Source: Trypanosoma brucei (Eukaryota). Taken from it: a stretch of DNA of 64,000 nt. Below the pieces are notes generated by a model that saw only the letters and a list, made by a program, of their open reading frames with translations, was not told the DNA's origin and searched no databases. The stretch lies in the NCBI GenBank assembly GCA_000002445.1, contig CM000208.1, positions 1,536,001-1,600,000 of the forward strand, written 5' to 3'. A program made the position numbers and the translations under genes. Position 1 is the stretch's first letter. Every line of letters begins with the position of its first letter. Shown piece after piece: positions 51,110 to 60,917 of the stretch.

Positions 51110-51766
51110 CTATGGACTCACAAAACTAATTAACTCTGCGATACTAAGAATTTTCCCACAGCCCTGCTCTTTCTTCACATCTTCACCGCTACTGCTTTGG
51201 TGCACATCCACATACAAACCTAGCCGCATGTCAGATGGCGCACGGCATCCCCTAATAAGTGGCCACGGGGGCTGGGCAGCGTCAAAATCCTTCATGTGGG
51301 AGCGGTCAGATGAGAAATACTCCAGATAATCCCTTCCCGGAACAACACGGAAGCGCTGTCGATACTTGTCGTCCAATTGCATCTCCGGGTGAAAAGACTC
51401 CTCGATGTAACGGAGTCCCTCACATGGGAACGGTAGCGTTGTATCTTGATCAAACGCCCACATGCCGCCCTCGTCACCTGCGCCCACATTAACAAGAGTT
51501 ATCACGTGATAGTCCCACATTAGCGGACACCTCCCGTTCCCTAATCTTTGCTTCCATACCGGTGTGGATTTACAGTCGTTGCTAATGAATACCGCAAAAA
51601 CAGCGTGATCGGGGAGCGAAAAATCTCGATAGAGTGCCTCAACGAGTTTGTATGCGTTCTCTTCACAGTAGTGAGAAGCATAGGGAACGTGTTCACGACG
51701 GAGACAACGCAGCCGTTCTAAAACAGAGAGCGTGGGAAGTGCACGTTCTCGATAAGCATCAGCCAT
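51110..51766 (-). CDS. NTAQ1: Protein N-terminal glutamine amidohydrolase (NTAQ1 / WDYHV1 family; Nt-Gln amidase of the Arg/N-degron pathway), 218 aa
   Basis: Contains the family-defining 'WDYHV' pentapeptide ('PLMWDYHVITL'). The N-terminal catalytic-Cys context 'YASHYCEENAYKLV' matches the conserved 'CEEN' motif of NTAQ1. The size is right (about 200 aa). The track start at 51784 is GTG; the first ATG is at 51766 ('cat' at 51764-51766, MADAYRER...). Confidence 0.85.
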   Translation of the reverse strand: MADAYRERALPTLSVLERLRCLRREHVPYASHYCEENAYKLVEALYRDFSLPDHAVFAVFISNDCKSTPVWKQRLGNGRCPLMWDYHVITLVNVGAGDEGGMWAFDQDTTLPFPCEGLRYIEESFHPEMQLDDKYRQRFRVVPGRDYLEYFSSDRSHMKDFDAAQPPWPLIRGCRAPSDMRLGLYVDVHQSSSGEDVKKEQGCGKILSIAELISFVSP

Positions 51767-52148
51767 CAGACACAGTGGATACACCTAAAACAAATGGCTG
51801 CGAACAAAGTAACAAAAAAAAAGTGACCGCCGCAAGAACAAATGGTGAAGACAGATACGAGCAAACTATGTATGTGAGGCGCCCTGACGCTATACAAGTA
51901 GTAAAGAAACAGAATCAGGAACAAAACTAGATGCAGAAATAAGTAGTGCAAGTCAGGGGAAAGCGAGGAGGCAGTTTACCACCCAACGTACGCAAAAGCG
52001 CCATGCGCTAGCACTACAACGTGTCGTTAAAGCACAAATGGGGAAACTTAGACAGCATTAAAATTTTTGATTACTTTCGTCACAACTATGCCTTCAGGCC
52101 GGAGATAAAGATGACTGAAGCTCACAACGAACGACCCTCGCGGGACTT

Positions 52149-53687
52149 TCATGACTTCATCTGCTTCCGCACCTCTCGCCGCTTTGCCCAGAGTGACTTG
52201 TGCTGCTGTTTCTTCGTCATTTGGAAGACAGATTCGTGTTCACGACGGAGACGCAGCGTAGAGAAGTCGGCCGTGCCATGCTTTGCATCGTCGTAACCCA
52301 TATCGTTGTCGCCCCGCTCCCGTTTTGCCCTCCTTGCAGTAGTTAACTGGCGCGCTTCCCTCTCAAATTTCGCCTCCTGGTCGCTCTCTCGCATCTCCTT
52401 CACCGCCTCCTGCTCAGCGTCCTCTACACGCTGCAGTACAGCAGCAACGTCACCATCACTAATGGGCCACTCTTCACACTTCACACCCGTCGACGCTTCC
52501 ACCTTCTGCAGTAACACAATATCATATTGACTGATAATGTTGACAGCCTTTCCCTGTGCCCCAGCACGCGCCGTACGCCCTACGCGGTGGATATAATCTT
52601 CCACTCGGTCCGGCAGCGCAAAGTTGACAACAACATCTGTACGGGGAATATCCAAACCACGTTGCGCAACATCTGTACACACAAGGATGCGCACCCTACC
52701 CTCCTTGAACTTTGTTAAGGCAATGTTACGGTTCTTCTGATCCATGCGACCCATGAGCGGCAATGCCTGGTGGCCTAACACTCGTAATGTCAGCGTGATG
52801 CGATGTACCAACGCGGCACTGCGGCAAAAGACAAGAATGTGGTTCCCGGACTCACGCGTAAGATACAAATGAAGATAAGGAAGCATCTGCGCAAACGGAG
52901 CGAAAACGTAATACTGCTTGAGGGTGTCCACAGTTGTGTTTTTGCGATGAACCTCAAGAAGAACGGGGTCATTAAGCGATGCGTTCTGCAAACGGTCGAT
53001 CTTCGTGCTGAGGGTGGCAGAGAATAGAAGTGTCTGGCGGTTGTGTGGCAGATGTTCCAGAATGGCGTTTATCTCCTTTTCGTAGTCCATTTCTAGCATC
53101 TTATCAGCCTCATCGAGCACAAGTGCGTGAAGCTTGACCAGTTGAAACCCCTTCGTGTTGTTCAGGTGATCTTTTACACGGCCTGGCGTGCCGACAACAA
53201 CGTGCGGCCGCCGGCTCAACTCGCATGCCTGATCAACCATATCCGCCCCACCAACTAAAGTCGCCACACGCAGGCCCACGCTGCTCCCGAGCATAACAAA
53301 CTGTGCCGCAACCTGTTGTGCAAGCTCGCGCGTGGGAACCATCACTAGAATTGAAAGATAAGGAACCTTTGCTTGCGTTAAAAGCCAATTCACGAGGGGC
53401 AGAACGTATGCTCCAGTTTTCCCGCTGCCTGTCTGCGCAACGCCAATGATGTCCCTCCCCTCGGAGACAACAGGAATTGTTGCAACCTGAATTCTCGTCG
53501 GCATGCGCCAGCCCGCTTCTTTGCACGCGCCAATAAGCTCCTCACACAGCCCAAGTGACTTAAACGTCACATCCTTGCTCTCTTCGTTGTCCAGCAACTC
53601 AGAGCCAATGCTTTGGTTAGGCGGTATGGTACGGAGCGACTCCTCCCTTGGCCGCTTCTTTCCTCCCGCCAACTTCTCCTTAACCAT
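52149..53687 (-). CDS. DEAD-box ATP-dependent RNA helicase, RRP3/DDX47-like, 512 aa
   Basis: 'FKSLGLCEELIGACKEAGWRMPTRIQVATIPVVSEGRDIIGVAQTGSGKTGAY' matches Rrp3 'F.ELNLVPELIQACKNL.Y.KPTPIQ...IP..LEG.DIIGLAQTGSGKTAAF'. Motif II 'VLDEADKML', motif III 'SAT', motif VI 'HRVGRTARAG'. True ATG at 53687. Confidence 0.85.
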   Translation of the reverse strand: MVKEKLAGGKKRPREESLRTIPPNQSIGSELLDNEESKDVTFKSLGLCEELIGACKEAGWRMPTRIQVATIPVVSEGRDIIGVAQTGSGKTGAYVLPLVNWLLTQAKVPYLSILVMVPTRELAQQVAAQFVMLGSSVGLRVATLVGGADMVDQACELSRRPHVVVGTPGRVKDHLNNTKGFQLVKLHALVLDEADKMLEMDYEKEINAILEHLPHNRQTLLFSATLSTKIDRLQNASLNDPVLLEVHRKNTTVDTLKQYYVFAPFAQMLPYLHLYLTRESGNHILVFCRSAALVHRITLTLRVLGHQALPLMGRMDQKNRNIALTKFKEGRVRILVCTDVAQRGLDIPRTDVVVNFALPDRVEDYIHRVGRTARAGAQGKAVNIISQYDIVLLQKVEASTGVKCEEWPISDGDVAAVLQRVEDAEQEAVKEMRESDQEAKFEREARQLTTARRAKRERGDNDMGYDDAKHGTADFSTLRLRREHESVFQMTKKQQHKSLWAKRREVRKQMKS

Positions 53688-53995
53688 TGCTTGATGTACA
53701 ATGTGCAGATCGTAGAGACTACACAGTCTCCTCCTTATATGAAGTTACACGAAGTCATGAGTAGGGGGAAATATTGTAACGGTGCTGGATTTAGAAGTAT
53801 TTTACGGGTGGAAGTAAGCAAACAAGGATGTGACCAGTATGCTTATCGCCCGCTGCCAAAATGCAAGCACATCACGGTTAACCTCTCAGAATTCACTCAC
53901 ACAAATAACACATACCCCTGTAACAATCAAATATCCACAGCCTCCCATAAGATTGTTTTGCACTCGATAAAGGAAAGGTCCACCCATGTGGCCCC

Positions 53996-55303
53996 TCAGT
54001 GTAACTGGTAGTTACGTTTTATGTGTGTTGGCAAGCCGACATCCACACGTGGATTCACAATTGGTATCGAACCGAGGTCCCTAGTTGTTTTACCCAATCG
54101 CTTCAACACGTCTTCCAGCGTCCGTCGCCTAGTGTCCTTTGCCGTTGTGGGTGCCGGTGAAGTTTGTGCTTCTTCGAGTCGGCGCCGCATCTCATCGCCC
54201 CGCAGTCCCATGCGCGGTTCATTAAGGTGTTCGTCACTTCCGGCAAAGAAGTCTTTCCAGTAAACATCGTCATAGTATCCCTTCTTCAAGTGATCGGGTA
54301 GACGATTGTCCACAACACGGTCGGGCATTAGCAACCCATCCTTCCCCGGTGGGTGCATTGCCATCATACCTTTACGCCGACGTATTTCCTCCAAATACGG
54401 ATAAATGTTATAAATGAGGGAATGCGGCACCTTACCACGACTCGCCGCTATTTCACTCACACTTCTAAGTGCCTTGACCGCTTCAAAGACCCCCTCCACA
54501 GTGTGTGTCGGTGATTTGGGATTATTTGTCGCTTTCAAGTTGATTCTGCACCCGGCATGCTGAAACCCAAATGCGCAGAGAATGTCAGCAACACGGAAGT
54601 TGGCCACAATCCGTCTGGCAGGATAGAGCAAAACGCGCACGCCATCGGCGTTAACACGGACCGGATACATGGGACCTTCCTGCTCCAGATCCACAGCGAT
54701 AATGTTGGAAAAAGCCTCCCTAATAGCCTCTTTCTTTGCCTCCTGAGTGCTTGGGGCAACAGCGCGACCCCATCCGGCTATACCTTTGCCGCTACCCACA
54801 TACAGAACGCAATAGATCCACTGGCGGTGGTCTTTGGGACTAAACTTGACCACTCGCATATCATATGCTACAATATTTAGTTGAAAGTTGCACAAGAACC
54901 GGCCGCGATGCTCCTTTGGAATGAGGTCTGGTGTCAACCACGTGTTAGACCGCCACTGGTTGTACTCTGTATTTAGTTTGTGCTTCCATTGAAACCCCTC
55001 TGGATAAAGATCAGGAACAATGCGGTACTCATTATAGAGATCGATAGCGTTATCCATACCTTTAATACCTTTAGAGTCAGCAGCATGTGCTATAGCCTCA
55101 GCTGAATCACGTGTATCGCGGAAGTAAAGAGAGGTACCAGTTTCTAAATCGACGAATGGATTACGCATCTTCTCGAAGCGCCTCCGAGTGAAACTTCCAG
55201 GTCGCATCCACGCATAATAAATGCGGGGTACCCCACCGCGCATAGTGCCTTTCGTATACCATGAGTTTAGGTTCTTCTGTGAAGCAGCAGTCAACCGAAA
55301 CAT
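53996..55303 (-). CDS. Mitochondrial ribosomal protein uS5 (S5 family) with a long kinetoplastid-specific N-terminal extension, 435 aa
   Basis: S5 N-domain (dsRBD-like) 'YVGSGKGIAGWGRAVAPSTQEAKKEAIREAFSNIIAV' (compare E. coli '[37 protein letters not shown]') is followed by an S5 C-domain-like 'INLKATNNPKSPTHTVEGVFEAVKAL'. The N-terminus 'MFRLTAASQKNLNSWYTKG' is presequence-like. True ATG at 55303. Confidence 0.65.
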   Translation of the reverse strand: MFRLTAASQKNLNSWYTKGTMRGGVPRIYYAWMRPGSFTRRRFEKMRNPFVDLETGTSLYFRDTRDSAEAIAHAADSKGIKGMDNAIDLYNEYRIVPDLYPEGFQWKHKLNTEYNQWRSNTWLTPDLIPKEHRGRFLCNFQLNIVAYDMRVVKFSPKDHRQWIYCVLYVGSGKGIAGWGRAVAPSTQEAKKEAIREAFSNIIAVDLEQEGPMYPVRVNADGVRVLLYPARRIVANFRVADILCAFGFQHAGCRINLKATNNPKSPTHTVEGVFEAVKALRSVSEIAASRGKVPHSLIYNIYPYLEEIRRRKGMMAMHPPGKDGLLMPDRVVDNRLPDHLKKGYYDDVYWKDFFAGSDEHLNEPRMGLRGDEMRRRLEEAQTSPAPTTAKDTRRRTLEDVLKRLGKTTRDLGSIPIVNPRVDVGLPTHIKRNYQLH

Positions 55304-55795
55304 TTTTCGCCCTCACCAGCCAGCAGAAAAGACACAGTAAGGATAATGGTGCAAACAGGTGTAGTGCCTCAATGACCTTACACGGTTCACCCAACGGCCG
55401 TCCTCAGTTGTGGCTAACGCAAAAGCAAGCTCCCACACAAGATGAACCTTGTATGCACTGCCTGCACGCGACAAAAAAAAAAGAAGTTATTGAAAGAAGT
55501 GACCAACACAACGAAACATGAAGACAGAGGCTCTACGAACAACGGTGAGTGGCGACAATGATCACTAAGTACGAATACTCAGTAAATACGAGACATGGCA
55601 GTTGGCGCGCCAGCACAGAAATGACCCCCGAAAAGCTGTTTAGGAAGTATATAAGAATACATCCTCGTTTCTACTACTTCGGTCATGGGGTTACACACGC
55701 ACCGCTTACGGTGAAAAATAAAAAAAACGAACACACAGCGCACGCGAAGGACGTGCATCAGCAACAAAATGAGCAGCCATGTTCCACCACGTTAG

Positions 55796-58384
55796 TTACT
55801 GCTGCACATGACCAGTCAACTCTGACGCTGTGTTGAAGAGGTTAATGGGAGTGCTGCCATCCATAACTAAGTATCCCTGGAGTCCCAAACTTTCCAGCAG
55901 CTTGGCTTGGAGTTCGGGACCGGCCTTCGCAATTTCTTCCACCGTATCAGGGCCCAGAGCGCTCATCACCGCGGCAAACTTGTCATTCTCAATTTTGGAG
56001 AGCTCTCGCTTAAACTCACGTTCGAGAGAAGCTCGAGCCGCTTCGTATTGATGCTCCTGAGTCCGCCTGTTCTGCTCGATCTCGCACAGCGCACCATTCA
56101 TAATATCTTCACTCTTCATACGAACGCGTGTACACTTTAGGTTGGTCTCCTCTTCCACACTGGCAGCCTTCGCAGCAGAATCAGCGGCTGATCTGAAACG
56201 ACCTGAAGATATGGTGGCAGCACTCTTCGCCTCCGCTTCCAACAGGGCCTTCCTCTGGGTCTCATTTTCTACCTGGTCTTTCATTTTTTGCTGCGCAAGC
56301 AAGGCGGAAGACTGTTGTTCACGTGCCAGTGCAACCTGCTGTGCACTCGATTCTTGGGCCTGAGTTGACATTTCAATAGCAATTTTTACTGACTTTTGGA
56401 GGCCTTCACGTGTGCGGGGGTCGAGAACTTCCATTGTATGAGTGTCAACGGAAGTAACCACAAAGTTATTCGCGTCAAATCGGAGTTCACTCATGGGATC
56501 GCCGTTGACAGGATTTATCCCAAATACCGCCTGCTGAAGCACCTTCACACTGCTCTTGTGAAATTGCTGAAAAGGAAGGGATGCAACAGCGGCACGTATG
56601 CGCCCGGCAATAAGGGAACATGCGTCGGCGATGAAGTCATCTACACCAAAGCACTTACGAGCAGCGGCCTCGTCGCCGTGTGCAACATCGAAATGCCATG
56701 CATAGCACAGCTGTAGGGCAAGCTGGGCATGATCCCGTGTTTCGACGTGGACAATGTCTGTTACGTTCGAAGGGCCGAGGAAGAGATGTAGAGCGTTCAC
56801 ACGGCTGGACTCCTTAGATTGGCATTTCGCGGGACTTGTCCCATCAGACGAGGGTAGCGAAAGTTTTACAACTGTAAACTCTTCATCTGGCTCCAAAGTA
56901 ACGCGGTCGGGACCAAAAATGGTGCGGGTTTTCATTGTCCGGTAGTTGTATAGCTGTGTCACACTCCGATGAGGAACCTTGTAGACCACTGTTTTGTACG
57001 CACTCCTCACTAGATTACGAGGAACGAGCACTGGTCCTTGTCCCGCAGCAATGTGCCCCTCCATAGGAGACAGCTGCCGCTGCAAACACCCTTCGACATC
57101 CGGAGGAAGTGATTTTTCCCACAACTCCTCGTGAACCCCAAGCATATACGCTGCGGGACCTGTTACTGTTCTAACTACGCCCGTGGTTTTGTCTCTCACA
57201 TAAATACCATCACCGTCGCACAAAAGAATGCGTTCCCGTATGTCGTTACCATTTTTGTCCTTGCATACCTCCACCAAACTGTGCGGAACATACTCCCGTG
57301 GCCCGTGGAGCAACCAAAGGTCCTCAGCCACACGCTGCACTGGTGGCTCCACACTTTCGTCCTGAAACATGTCAAGGGCGCGCAAAAGAAGTGCCTGTCC
57401 CTCACCAAGAAGATAACATCCATGTATTGCATCATTTTCCACCTCCTCATCGACTTGCAGGTAATAGGAAACGTTGGTTATAGTACGCCGCCGAGATTTA
57501 GAAGCATTCACAATAACAGCGTATTGCTTGTCCGTAAGGCGCATCTTGTGAACAGTACGCAAAATTTTTTCATTTGGATGAGGCACGAACATGGGGCAGT
57601 CCTCGTGGGTGACAACGTACACCTCCCCGGCGTGGCGCGCTCTGTTGAAGGCATTGGGCCGCTCGTCCACAAAGTTGCGCAACACCTCGACATGTAACGC
57701 CTCATCAGGGGGTATAATAAGCGGCTCGACGTGTTCGACGAACTGCTCATCCACATCGCACAAATACGACCCCGGTGTCAGATAAAGGTACTCATCATCC
57801 CGTTTACGGGTACGTCCGGTCCTATCAGTGAACAATTCCAAAGCACGTAGCCTAATTGCGCACCCTTTCTTAATGTTAACAGCGTGACGCACCTCTAGTG
57901 GCGTCTCCTCTACGCGGGGAAAGTAAGTCCCGGGACCTTTAAACAAATAACGCTCGCCCTGAGATCGTCTCACGCCACCCTCAGATGTGTAGTCATGTAT
58001 CACGCGCACAAGAAGGGCACTATTCGTGTCGAGAACCGTGAGGGGTTCCACCGACACGAGTTTTTCCTCAGGGTACAATGGAACAGCGAGGGGACCCACA
58101 AAAATCTTCCGCTTTCCGAGAGACACCTTCACCTGTCCGGACTTATCACAGACAGGCGTAACGCCATCTTCTGCTACTTCGTGAGGATTTTCAATACAGC
58201 AGTAGTGCCCATGTGGCACCACATGAAAGGGGGTTATTGGTTTGGTTAACCGCTCGTCTGAACCTAGCGTGCGCGTCATCGGTCCGGTGATAAGAACCGT
58301 ACCATTATCGTTGTCGTTCGTGATGTGAGCATACTGATGAACCCCCAGTTTCAGGACCAGCTCATTCGCTAAATAATCATTCAT
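55796..58384 (-). CDS. MVP: Major vault protein (MVP), about 862 aa
   Basis: The length and organisation are those of MVP (human 893 aa). The N-terminal vault-repeat region has the conserved early 'PxHYC' block ('VVPHGHYCCIENP'; human 'VPPRHYCTVANP'). The repeats are built as 'KGxxxxxR(V/I)..G..Y.L.P.E'. The C-terminal region is an Ala/Glu/Gln-rich coiled coil ('...QQVALAREQQSSALLAQQKMKDQVENETQRKALLEAEAKSAA...'), corresponding to the shoulder and cap-helix. The track start at 58390 is GTG; the first ATG is at 58384 ('cat' at 58382-58384). Confidence 0.8.
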   Translation of the reverse strand: MNDYLANELVLKLGVHQYAHITNDNDNGTVLITGPMTRTLGSDERLTKPITPFHVVPHGHYCCIENPHEVAEDGVTPVCDKSGQVKVSLGKRKIFVGPLAVPLYPEEKLVSVEPLTVLDTNSALLVRVIHDYTSEGGVRRSQGERYLFKGPGTYFPRVEETPLEVRHAVNIKKGCAIRLRALELFTDRTGRTRKRDDEYLYLTPGSYLCDVDEQFVEHVEPLIIPPDEALHVEVLRNFVDERPNAFNRARHAGEVYVVTHEDCPMFVPHPNEKILRTVHKMRLTDKQYAVIVNASKSRRRTITNVSYYLQVDEEVENDAIHGCYLLGEGQALLLRALDMFQDESVEPPVQRVAEDLWLLHGPREYVPHSLVEVCKDKNGNDIRERILLCDGDGIYVRDKTTGVVRTVTGPAAYMLGVHEELWEKSLPPDVEGCLQRQLSPMEGHIAAGQGPVLVPRNLVRSAYKTVVYKVPHRSVTQLYNYRTMKTRTIFGPDRVTLEPDEEFTVVKLSLPSSDGTSPAKCQSKESSRVNALHLFLGPSNVTDIVHVETRDHAQLALQLCYAWHFDVAHGDEAAARKCFGVDDFIADACSLIAGRIRAAVASLPFQQFHKSSVKVLQQAVFGINPVNGDPMSELRFDANNFVVTSVDTHTMEVLDPRTREGLQKSVKIAIEMSTQAQESSAQQVALAREQQSSALLAQQKMKDQVENETQRKALLEAEAKSAATISSGRFRSAADSAAKAASVEEETNLKCTRVRMKSEDIMNGALCEIEQNRRTQEHQYEAARASLEREFKRELSKIENDKFAAVMSALGPDTVEEIAKAGPELQAKLLESLGLQGYLVMDGSTPINLFNTASELTGHVQQ

Positions 58385-58935
58385 TATCACACCTCACCTA
58401 TACCTTGTCTGCTCACGCTGCTGTGAACGATTTTTTTTTCTTTTCCTCCTTTAATAGATGATCTACGCGCACCACACGATGGCACTCACACGTTATCGCC
58501 GGCTCATCGAAAAAATAAGATAATGTAGCCACAAACCAGTAAGAACGGGATACGTATATACATATATATATTTGACAAGTAAAAAAAAAAGAAAGAAAAG
58601 GAAGGGAGCACACGTACCCACGCATCTGTGCATGTCCGATCCGATAGGCGATTGGCAAAATTTTTTCGCACTCGAAACACAATTGAACCATATTTACTTT
58701 ACTTATTTAACGCGTTGCTACCGGTGTCAAACGTGGAGCTCGAGTTTACTTTCCCTCTCTGCCCCTTCAAAGCTGCCAACGTTCCATGGCAGTTGAGTCA
58801 AGCGGGGAAGTGGGAAAAAAAAAACCACCACCGCCACAATTCCGTGCCAATCGCACCATACCACGCCCCTGAATCTTTAAACGTGTACCTTTTTGATCAG
58901 AAAGTGTTTCTGCAATGTCGTTTGTGCGATAGGCG

Positions 58936-60777
58936 CTACTCACCAGCGGGATCTGATGCCTCATCATTGTGAGCACGTTTTACACCGGCCGTTAATTTCC
59001 CAGACTTTCTTCGTTTCATCGTCTCGGGAAGCGGCGGCGGCGGCCGAATTTCCCCCGACGACGGGTCATGCGACTCCAACAACTCATACGGTCCAAGAGC
59101 GTCCAGCTGCTTTGTCACCACCGGAGCCTGTCCATGCGTCAACTTTGAAACCTTGTAAAAGTGTTTACAAAACACCTCCGCTACGTTACGCATCGTTGGA
59201 TGGAAACTCTTTGCTAGAAGACTCAACTCCCAAGTGAAGCTGCAATCAGCGTTCGATGAGGCAATCTGCGTCGCCCCAGGTGTGTACACACCACGACCTG
59301 CTATAAAGTTGTCACTACCACCAATGACAATCCCACTGACCGCCGGATACCGCAACATAAGGCGGTGATTGAGAGCCAATAAAGAAAGGCCAATGTGGGG
59401 CGGACACGAAGGAATGGCCTGCATTATGCGGCGAACAAAGGCCGTAACACGTGGCACCGGAAGGTGCTTTTGGGTTAAAACCAAAAGGTCCATAGCACGC
59501 AATACGAGGCCAACGCGAAATGTCCACTCCCGCGATGCATTTGAGTGCACAAACTTCTCCTGTGCCATGGACTCCGTTATGGAGAAGGCCTGCGAAGAAA
59601 GGGAACCAGCAGATGACGTAGATCCCTGGGAGGCAACTTCATCCCCGTCATCGTCTCCATCCCCGCCTTCCCCAGTTGTCCCCTTATTTGATTCAACACA
59701 TTTCGGAAGGGTAAGAGCCTCAGGGAGACAGCGGAAGAGCACCTCGTGGAAATAACTAAGGTCCACCCGCCAGTCGCTTGCCGTCGTTGTTGCGTCCCTC
59801 TGCGCAAGAGAAGCCACAGACACAAGGGCGTGCAACTTTGTAGTGACAGAGGTAGCCTCGTCGTTTACAAGATCCTTAAGCGCCGTAATGAGCTGTTGGT
59901 GGAGTTCCACATTAACGAGAGGGGCAAACTTCACCAAGCCTTCAAGCGCCGGAGCAAGGATCCTCGTTTGATGCTGTTGGGAACATGATTTGGACGCCTC
60001 GAGTACGCGCAAGTAAATGACAAAAACACGATGCAAGATCCGGCTCTGTTTAACGACAATCTCAGCGCGGTCGCGCCTCGCCTTGCTCTTCTGTAGCTGG
60101 CGGGCCAATTCCTTGTCTTCTTTTTTCAGTCGCTTGTTCTTCGCCACTTCCTCTGTCAAGTCCCGGCGGTGCATGTCCACCATCGCCACCCGTATATGCA
60201 AAAGCAAATTAAGGAGCTTTGGATTCATGGCATAATGTTGCTTACGAACAATATCTAAAAGCGCTGAGACAATGCACTCTGTTGCATCAGAAACCATCTG
60301 TCCGTCGAGTAACTCGGCGAGCGCCGTCAGTGCCGGTCGTGCCACACGCGTTGATTTCGCATTTGCAAACGTAACTGCCAGCGACAAGAGCTTGTCCGCA
60401 TGATTGAACTCAGACGCACGGGGGACCAGTCGTGCACACAAGCGACTTCCGAGCGCCTGCTGCTCCGGGTGCGGCTTCCTCTGCAGCCTTCGCAAAAGCT
60501 GAAGGAAGTGCTCATACTGCACGAGTACCTCGTGCTCCAGCTTCTGCACTTGATACACCTCCTTCTGCTTGCGACCGGTCTGACCACCATCCTCCTCTTC
60601 GATCGTTGCAGATATTTTGTAATTTGGTATAACGTCGCACAGGATAGAGCACTCCTTCGTGAGGTTTTCCACAAGTTCACCGTAGTCGCTCACGGTGCGG
60701 TTATGCAGCGAGTGCAGCTCCTTGAGTTGAGAACTCAAATAAGACGTATTCATCAAGTAGCGCTGCATGGCTGCCAT
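58936..60777 (-). CDS. NOC3: NOC3-like nucleolar pre-ribosome / replication-licensing protein (tentative), 613 aa, helical-repeat
   Basis: The N-terminal region 'ECSILCDVIPNYKISATIEE...KEVYQVQKLEHEVLVQYEHFLQLL' resembles the Noc3p N-domain consensus '...VFkDIIPgYrIrpLTE.E...SKEVkkLR.FEqaLl.hYk.YLqlL'. The rest is ARM/HEAT-like helical with basic KK/RR linkers. True ATG at 60777. The assignment is from memory of the family consensus only. Confidence 0.45.
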   Translation of the reverse strand: MAAMQRYLMNTSYLSSQLKELHSLHNRTVSDYGELVENLTKECSILCDVIPNYKISATIEEEDGGQTGRKQKEVYQVQKLEHEVLVQYEHFLQLLRRLQRKPHPEQQALGSRLCARLVPRASEFNHADKLLSLAVTFANAKSTRVARPALTALAELLDGQMVSDATECIVSALLDIVRKQHYAMNPKLLNLLLHIRVAMVDMHRRDLTEEVAKNKRLKKEDKELARQLQKSKARRDRAEIVVKQSRILHRVFVIYLRVLEASKSCSQQHQTRILAPALEGLVKFAPLVNVELHQQLITALKDLVNDEATSVTTKLHALVSVASLAQRDATTTASDWRVDLSYFHEVLFRCLPEALTLPKCVESNKGTTGEGGDGDDDGDEVASQGSTSSAGSLSSQAFSITESMAQEKFVHSNASREWTFRVGLVLRAMDLLVLTQKHLPVPRVTAFVRRIMQAIPSCPPHIGLSLLALNHRLMLRYPAVSGIVIGGSDNFIAGRGVYTPGATQIASSNADCSFTWELSLLAKSFHPTMRNVAEVFCKHFYKVSKLTHGQAPVVTKQLDALGPYELLESHDPSSGEIRPPPPLPETMKRRKSGKLTAGVKRAHNDEASDPAGE

Positions 60778-60900
60778 GGCTTTCCTGACTGTGTTTCAAC
60801 AAGCCCGTTGCGCTCTCCAAGCACGCCCCTCAGGTTCCACCTACGCACTGCCACATTATTAACAACATCATTGAACAGAACGTGGTTGATAATCAAGATA

Positions 60901-60917
60901 GGAAAAAAAAACAAAGG
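60901..60917 (-). promoter_or_regulatory. Polypyrimidine tract (minus strand) upstream of the 58936..60777 gene; putative trans-splicing signal
   Basis: Plus 'ggaaaaaaaaacaaagg' is minus 'cctttgtttttttttcc'. Several AG dinucleotides lie between it and the ATG at 60777. Confidence 0.35.
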
